From: a virus
DNA length: 57,022 bases
UHGV virus genome: UHGV-1526745
Direction: 5' to 3' (one strand)
The notes under the pieces are model-generated. The model was not told where the DNA came from, did no database searches, and worked only from the letters and a program-made list of their open reading frames with translations. The stretch's first letter is position 1, and every line of letters starts with the position of its first letter. A program made the position numbers and the translations under genes. Shown in pieces: positions 9,301 to 17,986 of the stretch.

Positions 9301-10914
9301 GCTAACTCCGGTGATCTGGTGTTTTTTAAATTTGCCATCACTATCAAGCAGGCTGATGGTGTCACCAGGGGCGATATATTCAGAATCAACTTTATCGACC
9401 GTGATAACCCTGCCATTGTTTGCCACGATGCGACCGCCTAAACGAGCGCCTGCGCGGTTATTGTCGAGTATCTCGATAATATCACCAGGGGTGAAGTGAA
9501 TTGCGTCACGGGCCATTTTAAACGTGAATTTTGACGGCTCGCGTTTTGCTGTTTCTATCAGCCATTTGCCAGCGCGGTACGCTTGCCCGCGTGACGTGCA
9601 ACCGAAAGCCTCTAGCGTGGTTTCGTTATAACCATCGCGGGCGATCAGTTCATCATCTGCCACATATTCTTTTGATTGCTCCCAGCCGTTTTCTGGGTCA
9701 GTCCATGATACGATCACGGCGTTGTAACATTCTGCAAGCGGAAGGCTTGAGCGAGTAAACGCGCCATCAACGACGTTTGCATTTGTGATGGTGGCAATTG
9801 GATCTTGTGGCGCATCAATCATCACGGTAAGGCGTTGCCCGTCCCATAACGCGATGCCACGGAACATACCTGCGATGTTATCCAGTAGGTCGCGGGCGCT
9901 CATTTGCTCCGTAATGTAAGCGTTGAGAGTCATGCGAGGTTCAAGGCCACCATAGCCATCATCAACCAACTGATCGCAGTATTGAGAAAGCACATACAAA
10001 GCGCCATCATCAACATCAATGTAACCAGCATGTCTAGCAAGCCCAAAGCGCTCGTTTTTAACCAGATACCGGAAAATCCACGCAGGGTTATTGGTGTACG
10101 CTTTTTTGAATCCACCAAGCCATAAACCCGAATATGTGCGCGTTTCTGTGTTGTAGTTATCAGGAACATCAACAATCAGGCCGCGAAGGTGATAGGTACG
10201 GGTGGGCGTATCAGTATACTGATCATGGTCAATTACAGCGCCAGCCACGGCGGTATGAGGATAAGACAGGTTATCATCTATTATTTCGCTGTAACTACTC
10301 CACCGCGTATCATTCCGCAATAGATCGCTGTTGCTGTCTGCTGTTATGCGACGAACGCGAATATCAAACGGCTTTTCATCAGGCGCGTTGATAACGTGAG
10401 CTTCCAGGTATTCACCACTCTGTTTACCAGGCCCGATTGTAATGTATTTAACAGGCGACCACGTCGATGATAATGATGGCTTAACATCAACCATTAACAC
10501 AACGGATGTATTGTATTGATTGCCCTTATCATCTGACTGAACGAGAGCATCAACACCAAGATTCAACCTGACGCGGGTAACGTTTGGATCTGAAACAGTC
10601 CTGATTATTGGCGTGTCGTGAGTTACCTTTGCGTTGACGATAACGGTTGATTCGATGGCATTAAAACCATTAATCGGCGATTGGTCAGCCGTGCCGTTGC
10701 GCCAGGCTATACTAATCCCCGGGATTGATGTATTCCCGTTTGCGTCAGTAACAGGTGTGTCATTAAGCATCACATCATTTAGTGGCGCCTTCTGGTTTAC
10801 CGGACCGTATATCGGCCCTTCGCTGAGAATATCTAAAACACGATAAAACTGTTTATGATACAGGTTATCGTTTAATAATACTGGTGTCTTGGCTTTGCCG
10901 CCGCCGCTACTCAT
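6334..10914 (-). CDS. host specificity protein J-like central tail fibre / tip protein
   Basis: 1526-aa ORF at lambda J position after I/K/L homologues; long coiled-coil repeat segment in middle. Confidence 0.85.
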   Translation of the reverse strand: MSSGGGKAKTPVLLNDNLYHKQFYRVLDILSEGPIYGPVNQKAPLNDVMLNDTPVTDANGNTSIPGISIAWRNGTADQSPINGFNAIESTVIVNAKVTHDTPIIRTVSDPNVTRVRLNLGVDALVQSDDKGNQYNTSVVLMVDVKPSLSSTWSPVKYITIGPGKQSGEYLEAHVINAPDEKPFDIRVRRITADSNSDLLRNDTRWSSYSEIIDDNLSYPHTAVAGAVIDHDQYTDTPTRTYHLRGLIVDVPDNYNTETRTYSGLWLGGFKKAYTNNPAWIFRYLVKNERFGLARHAGYIDVDDGALYVLSQYCDQLVDDGYGGLEPRMTLNAYITEQMSARDLLDNIAGMFRGIALWDGQRLTVMIDAPQDPIATITNANVVDGAFTRSSLPLAECYNAVIVSWTDPENGWEQSKEYVADDELIARDGYNETTLEAFGCTSRGQAYRAGKWLIETAKREPSKFTFKMARDAIHFTPGDIIEILDNNRAGARLGGRIVANNGRVITVDKVDSEYIAPGDTISLLDSDGKFKKHQITGVSGNKITLASAPAWIRNGTVFAVSTNAAKPVLCRITSVAETENNSVYTVEASQHDPHKQAVVDNGAIFEVNNDTLNHFRVPNIENLKVLNIGSETVQCRATWETLTTTHRLTFEIRVYNSEGAVVKSYETTNYSYDFYGIDAGNYSLGIRGRNDTGMKGAESIVDLVIGAPAAPVGVNWVPGVFQATVYPISRTTLTTDTSYEFYYSGETQITDPASVTTKAQYTGRGHQWTFGGMNTGHTYYVYVRTRNAFGVSDFVEASGKPTENFDEITDYVTKDVMNSEQFKGMVSDIKDLGDRTDLIESATNDLKTATDNLITETGSIKADTDTLKKETEDLYKKVKENADDIGQHESRIDSLEVSSEKVDSELAQARASLQNASIALINNSLAQTNTRVTLTAQYKKGRTETKAEIDRIDNVIAEEKKATAESLETITAEMNTMDSNLKGQISNVQRAVADEASARAEAINGVNAAISNLDKKTDASVSRLDKAISDETQARSDAITDVKADLTTLENSTNASVKRLDQAIADESSARAQAISGISAELGSVESDVDKNSDKIEQAKASLQNASIALINNSIAQSKMGTVIEAKYRKGQIKTKAEIARIDTAIADETQARAEAIASLEANINENISAKIMDVSTALANHEASSAEKFVQISASFEDVNSSITEWSQAMATADEALSSKIDQLTVTVNGNKTAIETTSKALTDFKGNVDASYSIKLATDSNGRTYATGMSLGLTGDGTNFQSQCIFLVDRFVLMTAANGTYQSPFYVTNGAMYVREAFIKDASIGTAKIADAAITTAKIAQRIQSTNYASGSAGWMIDKNGNAEFNNVTVRGKVYASSGKFTGTVEAKTFVGDVANMGVGPDRVLGYNGSYNATITYNDSTDSPLRKSVMLMATISLASGEYRSTYNVTFSCGGKSKTIQYYVPYGGCTLTVQCAFSGLTASSITGQIYCPQTSASEGYSYCTALYSPTMLVSRGTGSFSASTTA

Positions 10915-10927
10915 GGTTTTTCTCCTG

Positions 10928-11458
10928 TTAACTTACAACGTCTAGAGCGTCTCTGTTATTACTTGTGTCTATGCCTAACGACCCGACGTTTGAACCTATT
11001 TTCATTTCGCCCAACAGGATCGGCACTGGTCTACCCTGGCCTACCTTGTTTTCAATGCTGGTGTAGGTGTTATTAGATATGGTGTTATCTTGTGCGCTTT
11101 CTGCTGATGTTTTTATCTTCATGTTGCGAGACATAAAGATCGAGAACGCAACGCTAACAACCGAAACACCGATCAAAATCCAGCCTACAACGCCAATTCC
11201 TGCAATACCGCCTTCCACCACTGGCGCAACAATGACAGTAGTCCCGTCCGGGTATTTACTGTTAACCGCTGCTGGCGCGGTCTTTTCGTCATAATCTTTC
11301 CCGGCAATTCGTAAGCGCAACGGAGTGCTTAAAAACGCCTTTTTGAACTCATGATTCTGCGCAACCAGCAAGCCAAGTCCTTGCGCTGGCGTATCAACGT
11401 TTAAACACACCTTGCCGTAATATCTTCGAAGATTGCCCGTAAATCTAAATTTGAGCAT
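10928..11458 (-). CDS. tail assembly protein I (lambda gpI-like)
   Basis: RIAGKD..., hydrophobic Gly-rich core and ILLGEMKIGS resembling lambda gpI (VLPVLYGEMRVGS); position after K. Confidence 0.75.
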   Translation of the reverse strand: MLKFRFTGNLRRYYGKVCLNVDTPAQGLGLLVAQNHEFKKAFLSTPLRLRIAGKDYDEKTAPAAVNSKYPDGTTVIVAPVVEGGIAGIGVVGWILIGVSVVSVAFSIFMSRNMKIKTSAESAQDNTISNNTYTSIENKVGQGRPVPILLGEMKIGSNVGSLGIDTSNNRDALDVVS

Positions 11459-12138
11459 TTGTCAGATCTCCATATTGAGTTGGTCTGTCGAACATACGCG
11501 GGCCGCATTTGTTCGCGGCGGCTTAACAGTCCGGCATTGTCATGATGCAAAACAGTGTTATCGCCCAGGTAAATCATCGCGTGACATGGGTCAGCGCCTT
11601 TAAACGGCTGGCGGATAATCACATCACCAGGCTGAATACTTTTCGCGTCAACCATGAAAAACCCGTTCAATGGCAGGTTTTTTATGTACAGGTTTTCCCC
11701 ACGCAGCCACCATCCGTCGTGGCGTTCAAAATCCGGTAGATCCACGCCGCAAAGGTGATAGGCGTCACGAAAAAGCGAGTAGCAGTCTGTTTTCCCGTGC
11801 TCAAATTTACGGCCTAACAGGTGCGCCACCGGGCGGAATTTTCTAACCCTGCCACCGGAACACAAATACCACGGCAGGCCTGAAATAACCTGCTGTTGTC
11901 GATCCCGTGCTGACAATACCAACGAATTGTCAGTATGGGAGTGAAAAACGGCAGTTATAACGCCTAATTCGTCAGCTTTGATATAATCGTCAGGCGAGAT
12001 TTTAAAGCTGTTGTGCGGCGTTTCAGACACGTTGGCGCACGGGTAAAAATAATCGTTATCTATCACCAGCCCGCACACTTCCTCGCACTGGTGGGCTGCC
12101 GCATAGCGAATCATTTTATCTTCAAGTGCCATAATCAA
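11401..12138 (-). CDS. tail assembly protein K (lambda gpK-like, NlpC/P60 + JAB-type)
   Basis: 245-aa ORF between L and I homologues; Cys/His motifs consistent with gpK family. Confidence 0.75.
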   Translation of the reverse strand: MIMALEDKMIRYAAAHQCEEVCGLVIDNDYFYPCANVSETPHNSFKISPDDYIKADELGVITAVFHSHTDNSLVLSARDRQQQVISGLPWYLCSGGRVRKFRPVAHLLGRKFEHGKTDCYSLFRDAYHLCGVDLPDFERHDGWWLRGENLYIKNLPLNGFFMVDAKSIQPGDVIIRQPFKGADPCHAMIYLGDNTVLHHDNAGLLSRREQMRPAYVRQTNSIWRSDKCSNLDLRAIFEDITARCV

Positions 12139-12839
12139 CCCACCTTACTGGACCCAGGGAAGCACGAAATCGGTAACGGATTCGGGCGTGGAAAACGCAA
12201 ACGGCAACCGCTAAGGCGGTGGCTGCATTTGTCCAGCTTTGGATCACTGGTAGATTCGTCTTTATCGGTAGCTACAGGTCCACCACTATATCCGCAACCG
12301 TCGCCGCGATATTGCCATTGGCAAACGTCAGCGAGGATTGTGCGCCCTGGGATAACCGCCTTGTCAGCATCAATTGGCGTTGACAGTTCATATTGCACCT
12401 GGTCGGCTGTTTCTTCGCTCATCGCCTCAACGACGTAAAAAGACACCGCCTCGATAGATGGATCTGCATCCGGGTTGCCGTTTGGGAAGTTGATGGCGTC
12501 CAGGTATTTTACTTCCACCTGGCGGCGTGTAACCTTCATTCCTCGCAGGTCGTTGAAATCGTTGTTCATCCCGGTGATTAGCCCGCCAATGTTGGCTACT
12601 ACCATCTGCGGGCGTGAGTAAACGCCTTCGTTTTTCATTTCGAAGCCAGTGGCCTCGATTGGGTAGCTGTTGTAAGTCACTCCCTTCCAGATAACCGGGC
12701 CGTAATAGCCATTCGCTCCGGAATGGAAGCGGATAACCTCGCCACCCATGGGCGTGAGGTCTAATTCAAACAAGTCAATGACCGCGCCGACTCCGGCATC
12801 GACGGAATCAATAATCATCTCTCTCGGAATATTGCGCAT
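12135..12839 (-). CDS. minor tail protein L (lambda gpL-like)
   Basis: Track ORF 12135..12872; ATG at 12839 after AAGGTGAG; C-terminal CxxxxC...C motif and overall similarity to gpL. Confidence 0.8.
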   Translation of the reverse strand: MRNIPREMIIDSVDAGVGAVIDLFELDLTPMGGEVIRFHSGANGYYGPVIWKGVTYNSYPIEATGFEMKNEGVYSRPQMVVANIGGLITGMNNDFNDLRGMKVTRRQVEVKYLDAINFPNGNPDADPSIEAVSFYVVEAMSEETADQVQYELSTPIDADKAVIPGRTILADVCQWQYRGDGCGYSGGPVATDKDESTSDPKLDKCSHRLSGCRLRFPRPNPLPISCFPGSSKVG

Positions 12840-12857
12840 TTTCTCACCTTGTAATTT

Positions 12858-12873
12858 TGTGATCTGCGTCACG
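12858..12873. promoter_or_regulatory. CRP-like binding site TGTGAtctgcgTCACG
   Basis: Matches TGTGA-N6-TCACA consensus at 9 of 10 positions; centred ~63 bp upstream of predicted start of plus-strand promoter at 12893..12921. Confidence 0.4.
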
Positions 12874-12892
12874 CTAAATCATACCAAAACGG

Positions 12893-12921
12893 TTGATCGC
12901 GATTTTTACAATATGTATATT
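12893..12921 (+). promoter_or_regulatory. sigma70-like promoter for plus-strand moron cluster 1
   Basis: TTGATC-N17-TATATT upstream of ATG at 12938. Confidence 0.4.
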
Positions 12922-12937
12922 GTACTCAAAAGGAAGC

Positions 12938-13123
12938 ATGGTTAACAAAATGGCGCTGAGGTGTGAAATGGATGATAAGGTGTGGAGGTTGACGGTGTTC
13001 CTTGCTGATGGCAGGAAAATGACTGTGGCCCTGTATAAAGATGAAGGCGAGGCACTTACCGACGCGCTCTTACTCGCTGAAGATGAACGCGTTTTGGGGT
13101 ACAGGATCGAACCTGTCAAATGA
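12938..13123 (+). CDS. hypothetical moron protein (61 aa)
   Basis: ATG with AAAAGGAAG RBS inside track ORF 12893..13123; opposite strand to tail operon. Confidence 0.4.
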   Translation: MVNKMALRCEMDDKVWRLTVFLADGRKMTVALYKDEGEALTDALLLAEDERVLGYRIEPVK

Positions 13124-13135
13124 GAGGTTAACGAA

Positions 13136-13486
13136 ATGCAAAAATATAGTTTAGAAATATGGACTGATAAGTGTGAATGGGAGCGCATGGGCCTGTTTGA
13201 CACATACGCCGCAGCGCGTGATGAAGGTAGTGAGTTACTTCGCTGTTGGTCTGGCGCTCGTGATTTTGATATTACTCCGGTCCAAGTACCGGACCTGGTG
13301 GAAGAGATGAACCCGAAAGATATTAACTTTAACGTCAATGTTGAATTTGCAGACTCTATGGATCAGGCTTGCCCTGGTGAAATACACGCAAAAGGTTTTC
13401 CGGCTGACGATCCAGAAGCAAAACGAGAATACGAAAAAGCTGCGAAAGACTTCTGCATAGATAACCTGGCCGCATTCGATAAATAA
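13136..13486 (+). CDS. hypothetical moron protein (116 aa)
   Basis: Track ORF; tightly follows previous gene; no family recognised. Confidence 0.45.
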   Translation: MQKYSLEIWTDKCEWERMGLFDTYAAARDEGSELLRCWSGARDFDITPVQVPDLVEEMNPKDINFNVNVEFADSMDQACPGEIHAKGFPADDPEAKREYEKAAKDFCIDNLAAFDK

Positions 13487-13495
13487 GGCGGCAAC

Positions 13496-13744
13496 ATGGG
13501 GCGGCGCAATCACGGCGATTATGTGTACACGCTGAAACAGGCCGCCCGCCTCATCGGTTATCATGAGCACGAATTTATTGATTTGCTGATTGAGCGCGGG
13601 ATACTGTACCAGGTCTGTTTAACGCTGTACCCGAAAGCGAAATACCTACAGGAAAAGTTATTCATCATCATGACGGATGAAAACCAGGTTAATCATTCAT
13701 TCGTCACTGATAAGGGATTGACATATTTGAAGGGGGCGTTATGA
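13496..13744 (+). CDS. hypothetical moron protein (82 aa), possible HTH
   Basis: Track ORF; segment YTLKQAARLIGYHEHEFIDLLIERGIL looks helix-turn-helix-like. Confidence 0.45.
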   Translation: MGRRNHGDYVYTLKQAARLIGYHEHEFIDLLIERGILYQVCLTLYPKAKYLQEKLFIIMTDENQVNHSFVTDKGLTYLKGAL

Positions 13745-13819
13745 GATGTGCGAACATTACGTTCTGGAAATGATCATTATCATTATTGGATTGTTATGCA
13801 TTCTGCTATCGACACTATA

Positions 13820-13847
13820 AACCCCGCCGTGGCGGGGTATTTTTTAA
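13820..13847. terminator. rho-independent terminator ending moron cluster 1
   Basis: Hairpin CCCCGCC-GTG-GCGGGG followed by TATTTTTT. Confidence 0.5.
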
Positions 13848-14056
13848 TCGTAGGATAGAAATGCTACTTCTTTGCCATCCCAAGTCGTACAGCCGATATA
13901 TCCATCACCCATATCATGAAGATACCACGTCTCGCCGTTATCAGCTTGTACAGTTAGATCATTAATTTCATAGTCGGCAAACAATGTAAAAGCGCCAGTG
14001 CGCTCCACTACACAAAAATAAGGCATATCCCCTCCCCTAATTAATAACTTGCTCAA
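13844..14056 (-). CDS. hypothetical protein (70 aa)
   Basis: Track ORF between M homologue and terminator; no family recognised. Confidence 0.35.
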   Translation of the reverse strand: MSKLLIRGGDMPYFCVVERTGAFTLFADYEINDLTVQADNGETWYLHDMGDGYIGCTTWDGKEVAFLSYD

Positions 14057-14390
14057 ATGTTGCGTTTAGCGTGTATAGCGGTCCGTCTTTAGTCATGCTC
14101 CAGCTACGGCAAACAAAAAGCCTTTGCACGTTATCCATTGACGGCGACCAGTAAAAAGCCTCGACCGCGCCGCGCGCCCTCAAGAATGCTTCCGCCTGGA
14201 TTGCTACGTTTTCACCATCACCACATCCGGCGCTACTGCCCTTAAACACCAGGGTGTAGCTATCAAGTAACGGGTTGATACCTTTAACCTGTCTTTGCTC
14301 ATAACCATCGCCCAGCTTAACAACTGATACGTCCGGCTCCCTGGTCACGCTGTAGCTTCGTTGCGGCGTCCATCTGAACACTTCCGGCAT
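14037..14390 (-). CDS. minor tail protein M (lambda gpM-like)
   Basis: MPEVFRW... start after GGGGG RBS; FRW and GDGY motifs and C-terminal FEQVIN resemble lambda gpM (ends FEQVVN). Confidence 0.75.
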   Translation of the reverse strand: MPEVFRWTPQRSYSVTREPDVSVVKLGDGYEQRQVKGINPLLDSYTLVFKGSSAGCGDGENVAIQAEAFLRARGAVEAFYWSPSMDNVQRLFVCRSWSMTKDGPLYTLNATFEQVIN

Positions 14391-14423
14391 AAAACCCCCA
14401 TAAGTCACATTTTGTATATATCT

Positions 14424-14447
14424 TTACGCGCCTCTACGCGAAAAATG
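14424..14447. promoter_or_regulatory. conserved 24-bp element TTTACGCG-N4-CTACGCGAAAAAT (copy 1)
   Basis: Near-identical copy at 27213..27236; both immediately upstream of minus-strand genes (M, portal). Confidence 0.35.
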
Positions 14448-14558
14448 AGATCTTAATCACAATGATTATAGCTAGTTTACAAAATGGCTTCACATAGTGC
14501 GCAACAAGATGTATATAGAAAGCAAGAAGAAAAGCAGTACCAACGAAGGAGGCCAAAA

Positions 14559-14714
14559 ATGAAACGCTATGTAGTGGTAATGCTGAACAACGCATTCGAA
14601 CAAGTGGAAATAGCAATCGTTAAGGGCTTCGACGACGCATTCAAATACGGTCAATTCATGATGAATGCAAAAGAAGATGAATACCGTGATTTCTTCCTGA
14701 AGGCACTCAACTAA
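14559..14714 (+). CDS. hypothetical moron protein (51 aa)
   Basis: ATG after GGAGG RBS within track ORF 14484..14714. Confidence 0.35.
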   Translation: MKRYVVVMLNNAFEQVEIAIVKGFDDAFKYGQFMMNAKEDEYRDFFLKALN

Positions 14715-14731
14715 GGATGATGGGGTGAGTT

Positions 14732-14986
14732 ATGAAACTGGTAGCGATTGATAAAAACCTGAAAGTACAGAAAAACGCACAAGACAGGATTATCAAGAAA
14801 GGGAAGGAACTGCTTAAAGCATTTTTGAAGAAAGAGGCGCGCCCCAAAAAGTTACGTGATGGTTATGGCTTTAAATTCGACATCAACCCTGACTGGAGGC
14901 TGTTTAGCGAAGACCTAAAAGTCTGGTTAATTATCGATCATCTGGAATATAACAGGCACTGTGGAGTCAAAGGGGTGCATAAGTGA
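14732..14986 (+). CDS. hypothetical moron protein (84 aa, Lys-rich)
   Basis: Track ORF; no family recognised. Confidence 0.45.
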   Translation: MKLVAIDKNLKVQKNAQDRIIKKGKELLKAFLKKEARPKKLRDGYGFKFDINPDWRLFSEDLKVWLIIDHLEYNRHCGVKGVHK

Positions 14987-15095
14987 GGTGGGACATGGAG
15001 GACGATAAATTCACCTGGCGGGAGATCTGGAATATTTGGTTGGTGATGTTCGGCAGTGGTTACGTCGCACGTAACGGAAGATTATAGGAGGAAAA

Positions 15096-15281
15096 ATGAT
15101 TATTGACGAAACAGAGTTATGTTACGGAGTTAGGTTAGATCTTGATGAGGATGGTCGGCTATGGATAACCGAACTCATGGGGACTGACACCCTCGTAATT
15201 GACAAATCGCAGGCGACGCAACTTATCGCCGGGCTTCAAAAATTTATAGATGGCACATTTGAGAACGATCAGGAGGATTAA
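15096..15281 (+). CDS. hypothetical moron protein (61 aa, acidic)
   Basis: Track ORF with AGGAGG RBS. Confidence 0.4.
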   Translation: MIIDETELCYGVRLDLDEDGRLWITELMGTDTLVIDKSQATQLIAGLQKFIDGTFENDQED

Positions 15282-15283
15282 CA

Positions 15284-15571
15284 ATGGATTTAACCGTCAT
15301 TGGTCACGCACTGGCTGCGGCGGCTATGCAGGTTGTTATCGGCCTGCTTACTGGTGATTATCTCACTGGCGGCCTGATTGGATGTACATTCTTTTTTGCA
15401 CGCGAACACACGCAGGCTGAATATCGTTACATAGCGGAATTTTGCGGTGGAAAACGGGAAAGAATGCCGTGGTATGGCGGATTATTACCTAAAGCATGGA
15501 ATATGGCTAGCGTTTGCGACTTCGCCGCACCTGTATTCCTGTGCTGTTTGATTTATATTCTCACCATGTAA
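15284..15571 (+). CDS. hypothetical inner-membrane protein (95 aa)
   Basis: Track ORF; two or three hydrophobic segments. Confidence 0.5.
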   Translation: MDLTVIGHALAAAAMQVVIGLLTGDYLTGGLIGCTFFFAREHTQAEYRYIAEFCGGKRERMPWYGGLLPKAWNMASVCDFAAPVFLCCLIYILTM

Positions 15572-15575
15572 AATA

Positions 15576-15596
15576 AAGGCCGCTTATAGCGGCCTT
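15576..15596. terminator. bidirectional rho-independent terminator (after TMP and after moron cluster 2)
   Basis: Hairpin AAGGCCGC-TTATA-GCGGCCTT with T-tract on minus strand and A/T flank on plus. Confidence 0.5.
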
Positions 15597-15600
15597 AGTG

Positions 15601-17946
15601 TTATTTGCGGCGCGGTTGCAACATCCCGCCAGGTCTTTGCGATTCCCTTGTTATCATCTTCATTGCTACACGTTCCATTGTTGATTCAAGTCTGCGGCTG
15701 TCTTCTTCGCTAAATCCGTTTGTGGTTTGAATACTGATACTGACAGGCATACTAAAACCGCCACCGCCGCCAATATCACGACCAGGAATAACCCTGCCGT
15801 TCTCGCCTGGGATCATATATTGGTTGCCGTTAGACGTCTGGAATAGCTCCGGCCTGTTGTGTTCCCCTACGCGGTACATATTGCCACCAATGACGCTACC
15901 ACCATTAAAGCGACCGCCGCCGAAAATTGACGTAGCCAGCGACATGATCGCAGTGAGCGCAGCCGAACCAGCCGCCGCCCAGCTACCGCCAGTTGATGCA
16001 GCCGTTGCCGCCGCCGCCGGGGCCGCCGCCGCCGCGATGCTTCCCTGAGCGGCAACCGCGCTTGCCGTTGTACTTGCTTGAGTTGCCTTGCTTTGTGTTT
16101 CCATCATGATCTGATCTGCTATCCAGTCGGCTGCTATATCAGAAAGTCTGTTGCCAATATTCCCTAGTATATTGCTCCCTAAGTTAGCAAAAACATCGCT
16201 CAATGATTGAGTACCGTTAAGCAGGCCGACAAGCGCATTGCTCATGCCACCTTTAAGGCCATTAACGCAATCACCGATCAGGCCGTTTGTCTGGCTTTGC
16301 GCCTGCCATTGCTCCCATTTCAGATCGCGGATCTGTTGCTCATAGGCTAACAATGCCTGTTTCTGTTGCGCTTCGGTAGCGCCCAGGTCGATAAGCATTT
16401 GCTTACGGACGGCCCATTCATTTTGTACCTGCTGAATAGGGTCAACCTCGCCTTTAAGCTGATTCATCGGGCTTACTATTTGCGCCCATTTATCACGCAA
16501 TTCATCTACCGGAATTTGGGCTAATTCTTCCTTCAGTTCCTTACCTATCCCTTTTTGCGCGGCGCGGTACTCAAGGAGGGTGATTTTACCCTGGGCGAAT
16601 GCAGCATCAATGGCCTTGCCGTTCTCTAACGCTTTGCGCATGGCGGCGGCGTCTTTATTGTACTGGTCAGAAACGCTTATACCCTTGTCACCAAGCGTAT
16701 CCTCTTTGCTTTTCTTGCTGCCACTCTTCTTACCCTTTTTAGGCTTATCAACTGGCTTGTCGAATCCGGTGATCTTGCCGTCGTTGGCTTCTGCCTGTTT
16801 CTGCATAAACTCATCATAAGCGGCAGTCGCGTTTTTAATGTCGTTTGCAAAAGTCATGACTTTACCGACTGTAGGGCCGAATTTCTTCTCATTGTTGCTA
16901 TTTAGTTCTTCCTTGCGCTTATCTACAACCTCCTTCATCCATTTGTAGGCGTCCATAAGTGCCTTGATTGGCATCACCATTGCGATGATCTTCTCTGCCA
17001 CCTCGCCAGCCTTCACAGCCACATCATCAAACATGTCGATGAATTCGCCACCAGCCGTTTTGAGTGTATCGAAGCAGGTTTTAGCGAATTTAGCGCCCTC
17101 ACCTAACCCCTTAACGCCTTTTGTGATTAAGTCGATAGCTGAGACTACGCCATCTGATACGCCGAAAAGATCATCAAGCTGTTCAACAAGACCCATGATT
17201 TCGACTTTAAGCTCATTGATAGCCATGCCGGATGTGCGCGGCAACTGAGCAAACTGCTCGTTTGTTTCCTGCGTAGCCGCCTGGATTGCGTTAACCATCC
17301 TTTCTGCCGTGATCTTGCCGTCCAGCATTTCGGCGCGGAACTGGCCCATAGATAACCCCATCTGACGGGCCATTGTCTGTACGATGGTCGGGGTGTTTTC
17401 AAGTAGGCTGTTAAATTCTTCAGCACGCAGCACGCCGCCGTCTATAGACTGGCGGAACTGGCGCATAGAGTTAGACATCTGTTCCGCTGATGCGCCGCCT
17501 AACGCCCCCATTTTCTGAATAGTGCCAACCAGGTTAAGTAATTGCCCTTCCGTAGCTGACGTGTTCTTCAGTGAGATGGCAAGACCTTGCCATAGCTCGC
17601 CAGTATCCTTCAGGCTTTGCCCCGTTTCCCTGGATATTGCTTTCAGGCCGTCGAAAACCCGTCCGGCGGACTCCGCATCGCCCGTAAGCATTTTGATTTT
17701 TACGCGAAGCATTTTTGCTTGCTCCGCCATATCCATAAATTGGCGCACAGCCTCGGCAGCAATTAGCAAATGGATAACCCTGGTCAGTGCTTTGATGGAT
17801 GTTTTCAGGGTGTTTACCTGGCGGTCAGCCTGTTTTGCGCCGCGCTCTATACGGTCAAAGGCCTGGTCTGCCTGTCGTTGTGCAACGAGAAGTTGACCAG
17901 TTTTTGCATCAACTTCGTAATAAATTGTACCTACACTGGTAGCCAT
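15601..17946 (-). CDS. tail tape measure protein
   Basis: 781-aa ORF, Ala/Gln-rich helical protein at lambda H position. Confidence 0.85.
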   Translation of the reverse strand: MATSVGTIYYEVDAKTGQLLVAQRQADQAFDRIERGAKQADRQVNTLKTSIKALTRVIHLLIAAEAVRQFMDMAEQAKMLRVKIKMLTGDAESAGRVFDGLKAISRETGQSLKDTGELWQGLAISLKNTSATEGQLLNLVGTIQKMGALGGASAEQMSNSMRQFRQSIDGGVLRAEEFNSLLENTPTIVQTMARQMGLSMGQFRAEMLDGKITAERMVNAIQAATQETNEQFAQLPRTSGMAINELKVEIMGLVEQLDDLFGVSDGVVSAIDLITKGVKGLGEGAKFAKTCFDTLKTAGGEFIDMFDDVAVKAGEVAEKIIAMVMPIKALMDAYKWMKEVVDKRKEELNSNNEKKFGPTVGKVMTFANDIKNATAAYDEFMQKQAEANDGKITGFDKPVDKPKKGKKSGSKKSKEDTLGDKGISVSDQYNKDAAAMRKALENGKAIDAAFAQGKITLLEYRAAQKGIGKELKEELAQIPVDELRDKWAQIVSPMNQLKGEVDPIQQVQNEWAVRKQMLIDLGATEAQQKQALLAYEQQIRDLKWEQWQAQSQTNGLIGDCVNGLKGGMSNALVGLLNGTQSLSDVFANLGSNILGNIGNRLSDIAADWIADQIMMETQSKATQASTTASAVAAQGSIAAAAAPAAAATAASTGGSWAAAGSAALTAIMSLATSIFGGGRFNGGSVIGGNMYRVGEHNRPELFQTSNGNQYMIPGENGRVIPGRDIGGGGGFSMPVSISIQTTNGFSEEDSRRLESTMERVAMKMITRESQRPGGMLQPRRK

Positions 17947-17963
17947 GATTTAACCTCATGCAA

Positions 17964-17979
17964 AAATGTGATCTGTGTA
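17964..17979. promoter_or_regulatory. conserved motif AAATGTGATCTGTGTA (CRP-like left half-site)
   Basis: AAATGTGATCT matches the left half of the CRP consensus; right half does not. Confidence 0.35.
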
Positions 17980-17986
17980 TCTATTT

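Noticed and set aside
12874-13338. 154-aa minus-strand Ser-rich ORF
   Set aside because: Antisense to moron genes that have RBSs and a terminator; low-complexity product
15824-16055. Ala/Arg/Pro-rich ORFs within the tape measure gene
   Set aside because: Alternative-frame or antisense artefacts of a GC-rich Ala-coding stretch
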